From assembly GCA_020723485.1 (NCBI GenBank), contig DYIU01000004.1:27057-91056 (forward strand): DNA of 64,000 nucleotides, in the 5' to 3' direction. Of the stretch, positions 17,773 through 26,118 are shown in pieces. The notes under the pieces are model-generated. The model was not told where the DNA came from and made no database searches. It was given only the letters and a program-made list of their open reading frames with translations. A program made the position numbers and the translations under genes. This stretch comes from Acidimicrobium ferrooxidans (GTDB taxonomy: Bacteria; Actinomycetota; Geothermincolia; Fen-727; Anoxymicrobiaceae). Positions within the stretch are counted from its first letter, which is position 1. The number at the start of each line of letters is the position of its first letter.

Positions 17773-20286
17773 ATGAGAGGAGCCGGCGGGTTGGCTCGTC
17801 ACAAGAGACCTTCTGGAAGGCTGTTTCCGTATCTTGCGGCCGCGCTCGGCGGCCCGGCGGCCTACCTGGCGGCGAGGCTCATCGCCTCGAGGCCCCGCAC
17901 CTCCGGAGACCTGAAGCTGGACTGCCTGGACTCGCCGGTGGAGGTCATCTACGACAGGGCCGGCATCCCCCATGTCTACGCCAACAGCGACCTTGACGGG
18001 TTCCGCGCGCTGGGCTTCGCGATGGCCCAGGACCGGATGGTGCAGATAAGCCTCATGCTCGCCCTCGCGAAGGGGCGGCTCTCAGAGCTCATCGGCGCGC
18101 AGGGGCTCGACATGGACAGGTTCGTGCGGACACTCGGCATCGAGCGGACGGCGCGAAAGCTCGTCCAGGCTCTCGAGCCCGGCTCCCTGGAGGCGGTCCT
18201 CGCGTTCGGCGAGGGCATCAACTGCTACCTCTCTCAGGGTTCGCTTCGCATGCCGTTCGAGTTCATCTTCCTGGGGGGAAGGCCCGAGCCCTGGACGCCG
18301 ACCGACTGCATGGCCGCGTTCCTGTACGTGGTATGGCTCCTGGACACCTGGTGGACATCCGACGTGATGCGCGAGAAGCTAATAAGGAAGCTGGGGCTCG
18401 AACGTGCCGCGCAGCTCCTTGTCGAGACGGCCGACTACAACAACCCGCCGTGCAAGGTCGATGGCCCCGGCGTCTCCGCGGAATCGCTCGAGCCGGCGGA
18501 GGAGATAGACTGGGGGTTCGACCGCTGCACCAGCGGCGGCGAGTGGCTCGAAGGCCTGGGCCCGGTCACCGGGTTCGGTTCGAACAACTGGGTGCTGGGC
18601 GGAGGGCGTACGACCACCGGCGGTGCGCTCCTCGCATCGGATCCCCACATGCAGCACAACGCGCCCGGCCTCCTCTACCTGTTCCACATGAAGACCCCTG
18701 GTTTCGACGTCGCAGGCGCCGGGTTCCCCGGGCTCCCCGCGGCGGCGTTCGGTCATAACGGCTACTGCGGCTGGGCCGCCACGAACCTGGACGCCGACAA
18801 CACCGACCTCTACGTGGAGACGTTCGAATCGGACGAGTCGAACCGGTACCTGTACGAGGGAGAGTGGCTCGAGGCCGAGGTCCTCACAGAGGTGGTGCGC
18901 GTGCGCTTCTCCAGGCCCAGGCGCCTGTGCGTGACGGTCACCAGGCACGGGCCTGTCGTCAGGCGCGTCGGGAACAAGGGCCTTGCCCTGCGTTGGGTCA
19001 GCAACGAGGTGCGCACCGACCCGGTCGCGGCGATGCTCCGGCAGTGCAGGGCATCCTCCTGGGAGGAGTTCAGGGCGCCGATGGACGGCTACCTGGGGCC
19101 CTGTTCGAACCAGGTCTACGCCGACCTGGACGGCAACATCGGGTACCAGGCCATAGGGAAGGTGCCACTCAGGCGCTCGGGCGACGGGACAATCCCCTAC
19201 GACGGGCGGAGCGCGGGCTCCGAGTGGGAAGGTCAGCTCCCGTTCGACAGAATGCCTGCGTCGTTCAACCCCCTCGAAGGCTTTGTCGTGACTGCCAATT
19301 CCAAGGCCGCAAGCGAAGGCTACCCCGAGCTCATCTCCAGGGAGTGGAACGCACCATACCGCAATGCGAGGATAACGGAGCTCATCCAGGCGAAAGACAG
19401 GCACTCGCTCGATGACATGCGGGACGTCCAGGCCGACATCCTGACCTGGCCCGGCCGGAACTACCGGCGCCTCGTCATACAGGCGGCCTCAGTCACCGGG
19501 GATGCCGGTGGCGGCCCCGGCGGCCCTTCGCCTGTCGCTCGGGAGGCACTACAGCTCCTCCGGGACTGGGACTGCACCGCTTCGGCGGAATCGGCCGCCA
19601 TGTCGGTCTTCTTCTTCTCCTGGCGCAGGCTGCGCGGGATGCTGCTCGAGCACAGGCTGGGACCCGGGCTCCTCGACGAGTACCTCTCTAACTGGCCGGC
19701 CTGTGACCTGGCCGTCGAGAGGATACTCGAAGCAGGCGATGAGTACTGGCTGCCGCCCGAACACCGGTCATTCGACGAGGCTCTCCTGGCCTCGCTCGAT
19801 GATGGCGCGCGCGACCTCGCCGCCCTGTTCGGGAGCGAGGACGCCTCCATCTGGAAGTGGGGGGAGGTGCACCGACTCGAGCTCAAGCACCCGCTCGGCA
19901 TATTCTGGCCCCTGGACAGGATTTTCAACGTCGGGCCGGTCCCGCTGGACGGGGACGGCAGCACGGTGCGCTGCTCGACCCCGGCGAGCGACGGCATAAC
20001 CCAGCTCCATGCCAGGGGAGCGATGGGTGGCTACTCCACCATGAAGATGCTGCCGCGTCCGGACGACCACTCCGCGTACGGCGGGTCGGTCCTCAGGATG
20101 CTCCTCGATTTCTCGGACCTCGACGAATCCCTGGTCGTGCTGGACATGGGACAGTCGGGGCACAGGCTCAGCCGGCATTACAAGGACCATTTCCCGGCCT
20201 GGCACGGGGCGGGGTACTTCCCGTTCCCGTACTCCAGGGCAGCGGTCCTGGAAAACCGCGAGAGCACCCTCAGGCTGGAGCCCTGA
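17773..20286 (+). CDS. penicillin acylase / Ntn-hydrolase family amidase
   Basis: GIPHVYA, AQDR, GSNNWV (catalytic Ser), DPH, GHN, TANS and GQSG..S.HY.D. Confidence 0.9.
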   Translation: MRGAGGLARHKRPSGRLFPYLAAALGGPAAYLAARLIASRPRTSGDLKLDCLDSPVEVIYDRAGIPHVYANSDLDGFRALGFAMAQDRMVQISLMLALAKGRLSELIGAQGLDMDRFVRTLGIERTARKLVQALEPGSLEAVLAFGEGINCYLSQGSLRMPFEFIFLGGRPEPWTPTDCMAAFLYVVWLLDTWWTSDVMREKLIRKLGLERAAQLLVETADYNNPPCKVDGPGVSAESLEPAEEIDWGFDRCTSGGEWLEGLGPVTGFGSNNWVLGGGRTTTGGALLASDPHMQHNAPGLLYLFHMKTPGFDVAGAGFPGLPAAAFGHNGYCGWAATNLDADNTDLYVETFESDESNRYLYEGEWLEAEVLTEVVRVRFSRPRRLCVTVTRHGPVVRRVGNKGLALRWVSNEVRTDPVAAMLRQCRASSWEEFRAPMDGYLGPCSNQVYADLDGNIGYQAIGKVPLRRSGDGTIPYDGRSAGSEWEGQLPFDRMPASFNPLEGFVVTANSKAASEGYPELISREWNAPYRNARITELIQAKDRHSLDDMRDVQADILTWPGRNYRRLVIQAASVTGDAGGGPGGPSPVAREALQLLRDWDCTASAESAAMSVFFFSWRRLRGMLLEHRLGPGLLDEYLSNWPACDLAVERILEAGDEYWLPPEHRSFDEALLASLDDGARDLAALFGSEDASIWKWGEVHRLELKHPLGIFWPLDRIFNVGPVPLDGDGSTVRCSTPASDGITQLHARGAMGGYSTMKMLPRPDDHSAYGGSVLRMLLDFSDLDESLVVLDMGQSGHRLSRHYKDHFPAWHGAGYFPFPYSRAAVLENRESTLRLEP

Positions 20287-20287
20287 A

Positions 20288-21217
20288 GTGAGCACGGTCG
20301 TAGCCGTCGCCTGCGCAGTCGGGACCGCGGTCTGCTTCAACCTCGCGATGTACTTCAACAAGAAGGCCGTAGCCGGGCTGCCCCGCGTGAGCCTGCGGCA
20401 ACGGGAGAAGGGCGTTCTGAAGGCCTTTCTGGCCAACAGGCTCATGCACAGGTTTCTGGCCTTCGGCCTCGCCGGGGCCGCCCTGTACGTCGTCGCCATT
20501 TCGATGGCGCCTGTCTCGATAGTGCAGCCCATCGTGAGCTCAGGAGTCGTCCTGCTTGCCTACCTCGCGATAAAGAACCTGGGCGAGAGGCCGCGCAGGA
20601 TAGATTACCTGGCGATAGGGTTGAACGTGACCGGCGTGATACTGCTGGGCGTGAGCCTCGCCGAGGGACTGCCGAAGGACATTGAGCACGACCCGGCACT
20701 GCTCTGGACCTGCGTGGGCGTCGTGGTCGGGCTCGCGGTGCTGGTGCCCTTTCTGACGAGGGGCAGGACGGGCAACAGGCAGGCGGCCGCTCTCGGCATT
20801 TCCATAGGGCTCCTCTACGGCATAGCGTCGGTGTTCGCCAGGCTGATGGTAGTGGACTGGGGAAACCGCTGGTCCGAGAGCGGCGTGCTGGTCATATTCT
20901 CGAGCGTGTACCTGCTCGGCTGGCTCTGCACGTTCGTGCCGGCGATCGTGACACTCCAGGCCGCGTTCCAGAGGGGGATGGCGGTCGTGGTGGCCCCCAT
21001 CTTCGCCGGGCTGGCCCAACTGGTGCCGATAGCGGTGGGGATGATAGCGCTCAAAGAGCCTCTGCCGGAAAGTGCAGTACTCACGGCCTTGAGGTTTACT
21101 GGCTTCGCCTTCATACTCTGCGGGACCATCATCCTCTCGCGCCGCGCCGAGGAGGCCTCGCCCGCAGGTCCCGTCGATGCGAACCCGGCTCAGGCGCCGG
21201 GGGTGGATTCAACCTGA
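20288..21217 (+). CDS. DMT/EamA (NIPA-like) membrane transporter
   Basis: 9-10 TM helices; APVSIVQP and LQAAFQRG motifs. Confidence 0.75.
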   Translation: MSTVVAVACAVGTAVCFNLAMYFNKKAVAGLPRVSLRQREKGVLKAFLANRLMHRFLAFGLAGAALYVVAISMAPVSIVQPIVSSGVVLLAYLAIKNLGERPRRIDYLAIGLNVTGVILLGVSLAEGLPKDIEHDPALLWTCVGVVVGLAVLVPFLTRGRTGNRQAAALGISIGLLYGIASVFARLMVVDWGNRWSESGVLVIFSSVYLLGWLCTFVPAIVTLQAAFQRGMAVVVAPIFAGLAQLVPIAVGMIALKEPLPESAVLTALRFTGFAFILCGTIILSRRAEEASPAGPVDANPAQAPGVDST

Positions 21218-21256
21218 TAGTCGGAAAGGAATGACTGCTGCCCGAAGGAGGCTGTC

Positions 21257-21946
21257 GTGACGGTAGAAGGAATCGACCGGGAGACAAACGAGATGCTCGA
21301 CAGGGTGCTCCAGATGCGCCGTTCAGTAAGGTCGTTCACAGACGAGGTGCCTCCACGCCGGCAGATAGAGCAGGTCATCGAGGCGGGGCTGCTGGCTCCA
21401 TATGCCGCCGCCGCGCTTGAAGGGGTCACGCTGTTCCGACGTTTCTTTGTCTTCGAGCGCGGCACAGAGAGCATGGCGAATGTAGCTGAACTGGCCGTCG
21501 AGCAGATGAAGGTCGTGGTCGCCGGATTCAAGCAGCAGTGCGAGGCGGACCCTGCACTCGCGGAGAAAGCAGGACCATTCGTGGAACGGGCGGAGACGGT
21601 TGTCGCTTCAGGAAGGCTTCCGATCACGGACGCTCCCTACTTCGTAGTGATCGGTGAGAAGACGGGCTTCCCTCCCGCGGAGAAGCAGTCACTCGCTCAC
21701 GTGCTGGAGAACATGTGGCTCAAGGCGACCGCCCTGGGCCTCGGCTTCCGACTCATCTCGCTCATCGCCAATCTCGCCCACAATGAGGACTTCTGCGGGC
21801 TGGTCGGGGTTATGCCCGGGGAGTTCGCCTTCGACGGCTGCAGCATCGGATATGCCACCGAATGGCCGCCCCCGACCCCCAGGCCCTCTTTCGACGAAGC
21901 GGTAAGCTGGTTCGGAAAGAAAGAACGGCGTCTTTATCAACGCTGA
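21257..21946 (+). CDS. nitroreductase family protein
   Basis: RRSVRSF, AGLLAP and ENMWLKATALGLG. Confidence 0.85.
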   Translation: MTVEGIDRETNEMLDRVLQMRRSVRSFTDEVPPRRQIEQVIEAGLLAPYAAAALEGVTLFRRFFVFERGTESMANVAELAVEQMKVVVAGFKQQCEADPALAEKAGPFVERAETVVASGRLPITDAPYFVVIGEKTGFPPAEKQSLAHVLENMWLKATALGLGFRLISLIANLAHNEDFCGLVGVMPGEFAFDGCSIGYATEWPPPTPRPSFDEAVSWFGKKERRLYQR

Positions 21947-21967
21947 TACACTGCCGGTAAACTCAGC

Positions 21968-22007
21968 CATGCTGAAACCAGGCTACGCCACCCGCTGGTA
22001 CAGCATG
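21968..22007. terminator. stem-loop between convergent genes
   Basis: CATGCTG-AA-ACCAG ... CTGGT-A-CAGCATG imperfect inverted repeat; no clear U-tract. Confidence 0.35.
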
Positions 22008-22008
22008 T

Positions 22009-22767
22009 CTACATCTCTTGTGGCCCAAAGAGTATCAGCTGGGTTTTCGGGGCGTACATATACATCATCGGCATCGTTGTGATCAACGCGTCTTCTATCG
22101 TTTTCGCGGTCGGGTTGTCTGAACCAAGCTCAAGCTTGGCATTTCCAGGGTTATAACTCATAACGAATTCGACAGAATTAAAGCGACCCTCGTTCACCAT
22201 CGGCTCTTCACCATGGTCAACGTGACAGAACATCCTTAGCACTTTTTTTCTCCTGGCCGTGACCTTGCGGCCTTGTAGCCTCAGTACAAGTGCTCCCTCT
22301 TCTTTCCACTCACAGGACCACCATCCGTCGATGTCACTGAACTCAAGTGATGATACGAAGTTCGGCCAGCCGGATAGCCTACCGAGTACAACCGCCGCTT
22401 CGTCCATGACCGGTACTCTGTACATGTATAGATGGAAATCCATGCGCAGTAACTGCCTGACCGTGTTGTAGCCGGGTATCTTCGAGAAGTCCGGCGAACA
22501 GAGAGGAACGGCGACTACAACCTCGTACCTGGAGCCGATGTCCGACTCGAAGTACTCCATGGCCGCAACCTGTATTGAGCCGACTCCGGGCACTAGCTGG
22601 GCAGGCACAAGCCGTCGGTCGGGCACAATCTCGCGCAGTCTGGAGAGCTTGGCGGGGAAAACGGCGCTCATCGTCCTTGCCGACTGATAGAAGGTCGGGA
22701 CGGGAATACTGAGGCCGTCGATGTCGTGACGTACTTGTTCGATATCGGAGAAGAAGTCATCAACCAT
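22009..22767 (-). CDS. acetoacetate decarboxylase-like family protein
   Basis: EYFESDIGSRYEV, YRVPV..E.A..LG...GWPNF; ATG at 22767. Confidence 0.7.
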   Translation of the reverse strand: MVDDFFSDIEQVRHDIDGLSIPVPTFYQSARTMSAVFPAKLSRLREIVPDRRLVPAQLVPGVGSIQVAAMEYFESDIGSRYEVVVAVPLCSPDFSKIPGYNTVRQLLRMDFHLYMYRVPVMDEAAVVLGRLSGWPNFVSSLEFSDIDGWWSCEWKEEGALVLRLQGRKVTARRKKVLRMFCHVDHGEEPMVNEGRFNSVEFVMSYNPGNAKLELGSDNPTAKTIEDALITTMPMMYMYAPKTQLILFGPQEM

Positions 22768-22871
22768 CGCTAATATCCCCCTCTGTGCCCCAGAGATGAT
22801 AAGGCCTCCCGCAACCACAAAGTATACTACATGCTAATTCGATGACCGGAGGCGGATTCGTATCAATTGCC

Positions 22872-23090
22872 CTCGTCGGCTGCAGGTTCGAGTCCAGCGC
22901 CGGGAGATAGGGTGGTTGATGAGCAAGGTGGTGGCTCCCCGGGCAGGACTCACCCCACGCTCGCACCTGCTCGCGCGGTGACGCCCCTGCAACAGTGGTT
23001 GCTCGCTCCGCTCGTCGGCTGCAGGTTCGAGTCCAGCGCCGGGAGATAGGGTGGTTGATGAGCAAGGTGGTGGCTCCCCGGGCAGGACTC
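22872..23090. repeat. 80-bp exact direct repeat (22872-22951 and 23011-23090) containing the tRNA-Asn 3' end
   Basis: Two identical copies of CTCGTCGGCTGCAGGTTCGAGTCC...TGGCTCCCCGGGCAGGACTC with a 139-bp period. Confidence 0.95.
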
Positions 23091-23146
23091 GAACCTGCAA
23101 CACACTGGTTAACAGCCAGTTGCTCTACCGATTGAGCTACCGGGGA
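23071..23146 (-). tRNA. tRNA-Asn(GTT), CCA encoded
   Basis: Reverse complement TCCCCGGTAGCTCAATCGGTAGAGCAACTGGCTGTTAACCAGTGTGTTGCAGGTTCGAGTCCTGCCCGGGGAGCCA folds as a cloverleaf. Confidence 0.97.
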
Positions 23147-23233
23147 GAGTGCTTCAATCCGCAGTCACGGTGTCCAATTATAGAGAACGTCGACACCGCG
23201 GGCAATCGGAGCGTTGGACCGGCCGTGAGCGAC

Positions 23234-23400
23234 AGGTGTCGGACGTTTGCCTAACAACTTCAACAACAGTTGAACGATGAATCATCATCAACGCCATTCG
23301 TCTTCTCCAGGCTCCTGGAGCCGCTCAAACTGTTGCTTGTGTTGACCCAGTTGGTAATAACGAAAAGAAATGCTTTCTGTTACGCAAACGTCCGACACCT
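23234..23400. repeat. 167-bp AT-rich element with 23-bp terminal inverted repeats (MITE/REP-like or ncRNA)
   Basis: AGGTGTCGGACGTTTGCCTAACA / TGTTACGCAAACGTCCGACACCT (1 mismatch), with nested internal stems. Confidence 0.8.
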
Positions 23401-23410
23401 TCATCCGAGA

Positions 23411-23435
23411 AAATGCAACAAAACGACCTGACCCC
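23411..23435 (-). repeat. solo arm of the GGGGTCAG palindrome family
   Basis: Minus strand GGGGTCAGGTCGTTTTGTTGCATTT resembles the 56620 arm. Confidence 0.65.
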
Positions 23436-23443
23436 GATTTGCG

Positions 23444-23782
23444 CTAGAGGAGGCGGGCTGACTCCGTGGGTTTCGGGGTCTTCACGACCAGGAAGCGGAA
23501 CGGCCCGCCGCCCTCGTTCATCAGGCGGTGGGGGATGCCCTTGGGGCTCTCGATGAGCTGGTCCTTCACCACGTCTACCCGCTCGTCCCCTATCTCGACC
23601 GTGCCTTCGCCCTCCAGCACGTAAAAGAAGACGTCCACCGGGGTGATGTGCTTCTTCAGTGCCTCGCCCGGCATCAGCTTTATCTCCATGACCTGCGCGT
23701 GCTCGGTCTCGAACATCTTGCGGACGTCCACACCGTGGGGCGTCTCCTGGACCGGCTGCTCTCCGTAGCTCGTTACGTTCAT
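23444..23782 (-). CDS. cupin domain protein
   Basis: KKHITPVDVFFYVLEGEG...PKGIPHRL. Confidence 0.9.
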   Translation of the reverse strand: MNVTSYGEQPVQETPHGVDVRKMFETEHAQVMEIKLMPGEALKKHITPVDVFFYVLEGEGTVEIGDERVDVVKDQLIESPKGIPHRLMNEGGGPFRFLVVKTPKPTESARLL

Positions 23783-24049
23783 CTACTCCTCCCCTTCAGT
23801 CGTGTCATACCCGGCGGGCCTGCCTTCGGACAGGGCGGCGGCGCACTTGTCGGCGTACGGGCACCACTCGAGGCATCCCATGTCCAGCCTGGGGTTCGGG
23901 AACTTGTACCCGCAGTTCGGGCACTTCCGCGAGACGTCGTCCTTGAAGAACTCCACCCGGTGGTCGCACACGGGGCACGGCGTCTCGAAGATGTCCTCCG
24001 GTTTCCAGAACAGCGTGTTCTGGCCCGGGCATATGGCCTCCGCCATCAC
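23783..24049 (-). CDS. small Cys-rich double zinc-ribbon protein
   Basis: CPGQ...CPVC...EFFKDD...CPNCG...GCLEWCPYADKC. Confidence 0.8.
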   Translation of the reverse strand: MMAEAICPGQNTLFWKPEDIFETPCPVCDHRVEFFKDDVSRKCPNCGYKFPNPRLDMGCLEWCPYADKCAAALSEGRPAGYDTTEGEE

Positions 24050-24807
24050 GCACCTACCCCGGTCTTGACATCAACCGTCTCCAGGACGTCCCCCTTGATG
24101 CCGACCTTGGTGAGCTTCAACGGGATGTCCTTCCCCGCGGCTTTCAGGGACTCGTGCACCAGGTGCACCAGGCCGAAGCAGCACGGGACCTCCATGTAGA
24201 CGACCTCGATCGACTTCAGGTCGTTGCCGGCGAATATCTCCTCGAGCTTCTTGCGGTAGAACTCGGCGCTGTCGAGCTTGGGGCAGCCTATCATCAGCAC
24301 CTTGTCGGCCAGGAACCTGCGGTGGAAATCGGCGTACGCGAATGGCACGCAGTCCGCGGCGATGAGGAGGTCCGCCCCCTCGAAGTACGGGGCGTGGGCG
24401 GGCACCAGCTTGAGCTGGACCGGCCAGTTGCCGAGGAGAGACGGCGCGCCGGCCGCCTCGCCGGGCTCGCCCTTCATGTCCACGAGCTCGCACCGCTCGA
24501 TTGTCCTCGAAGCCGACCCCGGGCAGGAGGTCGCGGCCTCCGTAACCGCTGCCGCGCCTGCGAGGCGTTCTTTCACGGCCTCCTCGTCGAAATCGGCTGC
24601 CTCACGCTTCTCGATGGTGATGGCGCCCTGCGGGCACTCGCCGAGGCAGGCCCCCAGGCCGTCGCAGTATACGTCACTCACCAGCCGCGCCTTGCCGTCG
24701 ATTATCTCGATGGCGCCTTCCGCGCAGGCCGTCGCGCACTGCCCGCAGCCGTCGCACTTCTCCTCGTCTATACTCACAACGTCTCTAACCGCCATTGCTT
24801 CCTCCAT
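24046..24807 (-). CDS. 4Fe-4S dicluster protein of the type usually found next to hcp
   Basis: CDGCGQC..AC, CDGLGACLGECP, CPGS, NWPVQL, AADC, GCPKLD and MEVPCC. Confidence 0.85.
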   Translation of the reverse strand: MEEAMAVRDVVSIDEEKCDGCGQCATACAEGAIEIIDGKARLVSDVYCDGLGACLGECPQGAITIEKREAADFDEEAVKERLAGAAAVTEAATSCPGSASRTIERCELVDMKGEPGEAAGAPSLLGNWPVQLKLVPAHAPYFEGADLLIAADCVPFAYADFHRRFLADKVLMIGCPKLDSAEFYRKKLEEIFAGNDLKSIEVVYMEVPCCFGLVHLVHESLKAAGKDIPLKLTKVGIKGDVLETVDVKTGVGA

Positions 24808-25213
24808 ATACGCTCTTGAGTTCGGACAGCCTCGTTCCTTCCAGGTAGTCCCTGACCTCGCGGTTAGCGGTCTCCATCAGCCCCCCCAGTATGCAGCCGT
24901 CCCCGGCGCACGCGGGGCTCTCAAGGAGACAGGTCGTCTCCACCAGCGGCCCGTCGACTGCCTCGTACACCTCGAGCAGCGTCGCGTCCTCGCTTTTCCG
25001 GGCCAGGTTGAAACCTCCACCAGGGCCCCGGGCCGACGTCACCAGGCCGGCCCTTGCGAGCCTCTGCAGGACCTTCGCGAGGTGCGCCTCGGAAGCCCCG
25101 AGCCTTCCCGCGATCTCCTTCGCTCGGAACCGCTTCTCCGGCTCTGAGGCGAGCAGCACCATGGTGTGAAGCCCGAGGGATGCAGCCTCTGAGACCTTGA
25201 CCACGTTCGCCAT
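24785..25213 (-). CDS. Rrf2 family transcriptional regulator
   Basis: HLAKVLQRL..AGLV.S.RGPGGGF, TLLEVYEAVDG and three C-terminal Cys. Confidence 0.92.
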   Translation of the reverse strand: MANVVKVSEAASLGLHTMVLLASEPEKRFRAKEIAGRLGASEAHLAKVLQRLARAGLVTSARGPGGGFNLARKSEDATLLEVYEAVDGPLVETTCLLESPACAGDGCILGGLMETANREVRDYLEGTRLSELKSVYGGSNGG

Positions 25214-25244
25214 CCTGGACCGTCCTCCCTGCCTGACTAATAAA

Positions 25245-25286
25245 GGTATTGCAGTACCATAATACCAGTAAGGCGGGCGAAGTCAA
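25245..25286 (-). promoter_or_regulatory. sigma70-type promoter of the Rrf2 operon with overlapping inverted repeat
   Basis: Minus strand TTGACT-16 nt-TATTAT with TGn extension; GGTATT-N10-AATACC overlaps the -10. Confidence 0.6.
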
Positions 25287-25367
25287 GTATTTTCGTCTTT
25301 TCCGGGTGCCCTGTTCGCGCCGCGCCGGGGAAGCCGCGGCGGGTAGTGCTAAGCTGCCCGCGTATGC

Positions 25368-25397
25368 AAAGAGCCGGGGCTTCGAGCGCCCCGGCTC
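25368..25397 (-). terminator. intrinsic terminator after the oxidative-stress operon
   Basis: GAGCCGGGGC/GCCCCGGCTC 10-bp stem followed by TTT on the minus strand. Confidence 0.6.
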
Positions 25398-25419
25398 AGA
25401 GTGTGTGAACAGGTTCGGG

Positions 25420-26118
25420 CTAGTCCTCCGGGGAGAACTCGCTCTTCTCGGCTCCGCAGACCGGGCATACCCAGTCATCCGGGAGGTCCTCGAAAGCAGT
25501 CCCTGCCGGGATGTTGCCGTCGGGGTCGCCCTCTTCCGGGTCGTAGATGTATCCGCATACATTGCAGACATACCTCTTCATCCCTGATTCCCCTTTCTTC
25601 TCTGGCGCCCTGTACGTGGGCGCGTTCTTCGGGGCTTTGCCCTTGTTCGCCTGGTACTGAGCATATGTCAGCGGCTTGACGCCCTCCTTGAGCACCCTGC
25701 CGCTGACGACGTCTCCGATGAAGACGGTGTGCGTCCCGGCGTCTGCCGTGGCGAAGACCCTGACCTCGAACATCGCTATCGCGTGTTCGGTGACGCACGG
25801 GATGCCCGTGCTCCCCTCCTCCATCTCGACGGAGGTCATCTTGTCGGTATCCCTGCCGCTCTTGAAGCCGAATCCGCCGATGAACGGCATCGGCACGTCC
25901 TCCCCGAGCACGGAGACGGCGAAGACCCCGCTCTTCTCTATGAGCTCGTGCGTGTAGTTGTTCTTGTTGATGGCGGCGAGCACACGCGGCGGCTCTGCGG
26001 CCACCTGGATGACGGCGTTTGCTATCTGGCCGTTCGAACGGCCGTCATGCGCGGACGTCACCACGTAGATGCCGTAGCTTATGCTCCAGAGGCTCTTCGG
26101 GTCGAGCTCAGCTTCCAC
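25420..26118 (-). CDS. flavin reductase-rubredoxin fusion (high-molecular-weight rubredoxin, Hrb-like)
   Basis: [26 protein letters not shown], then [10 protein letters not shown]...WVCPVCG; GTG start at 26118. Confidence 0.9.
   Translation of the reverse strand: MEAELDPKSLWSISYGIYVVTSAHDGRSNGQIANAVIQVAAEPPRVLAAINKNNYTHELIEKSGVFAVSVLGEDVPMPFIGGFGFKSGRDTDKMTSVEMEEGSTGIPCVTEHAIAMFEVRVFATADAGTHTVFIGDVVSGRVLKEGVKPLTYAQYQANKGKAPKNAPTYRAPEKKGESGMKRYVCNVCGYIYDPEEGDPDGNIPAGTAFEDLPDDWVCPVCGAEKSEFSPED

Noticed and set aside
22880..22910. Second tRNA on the + strand (GGTTCGAGTCC T-loop)
   Set aside because: No D-arm, anticodon arm or acceptor pairing upstream; it is an inverted partial copy of tRNA-Asn.
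22872..23090. Repeat-spacer-repeat as a mini CRISPR array
   Set aside because: The repeats are 80 bp, tRNA-derived and only two in number; no cas genes are present.
22932..23090. attL/attR of an intact integrated element
   Set aside because: The two tRNA 3' copies are only 139 bp apart, and no integrase or phage genes are in the window.
22760..23254. Short ORFs across the tRNA and its repeat
   Set aside because: They are translations of the tRNA/repeat, and the duplicated peptides merely mirror the DNA repeat.
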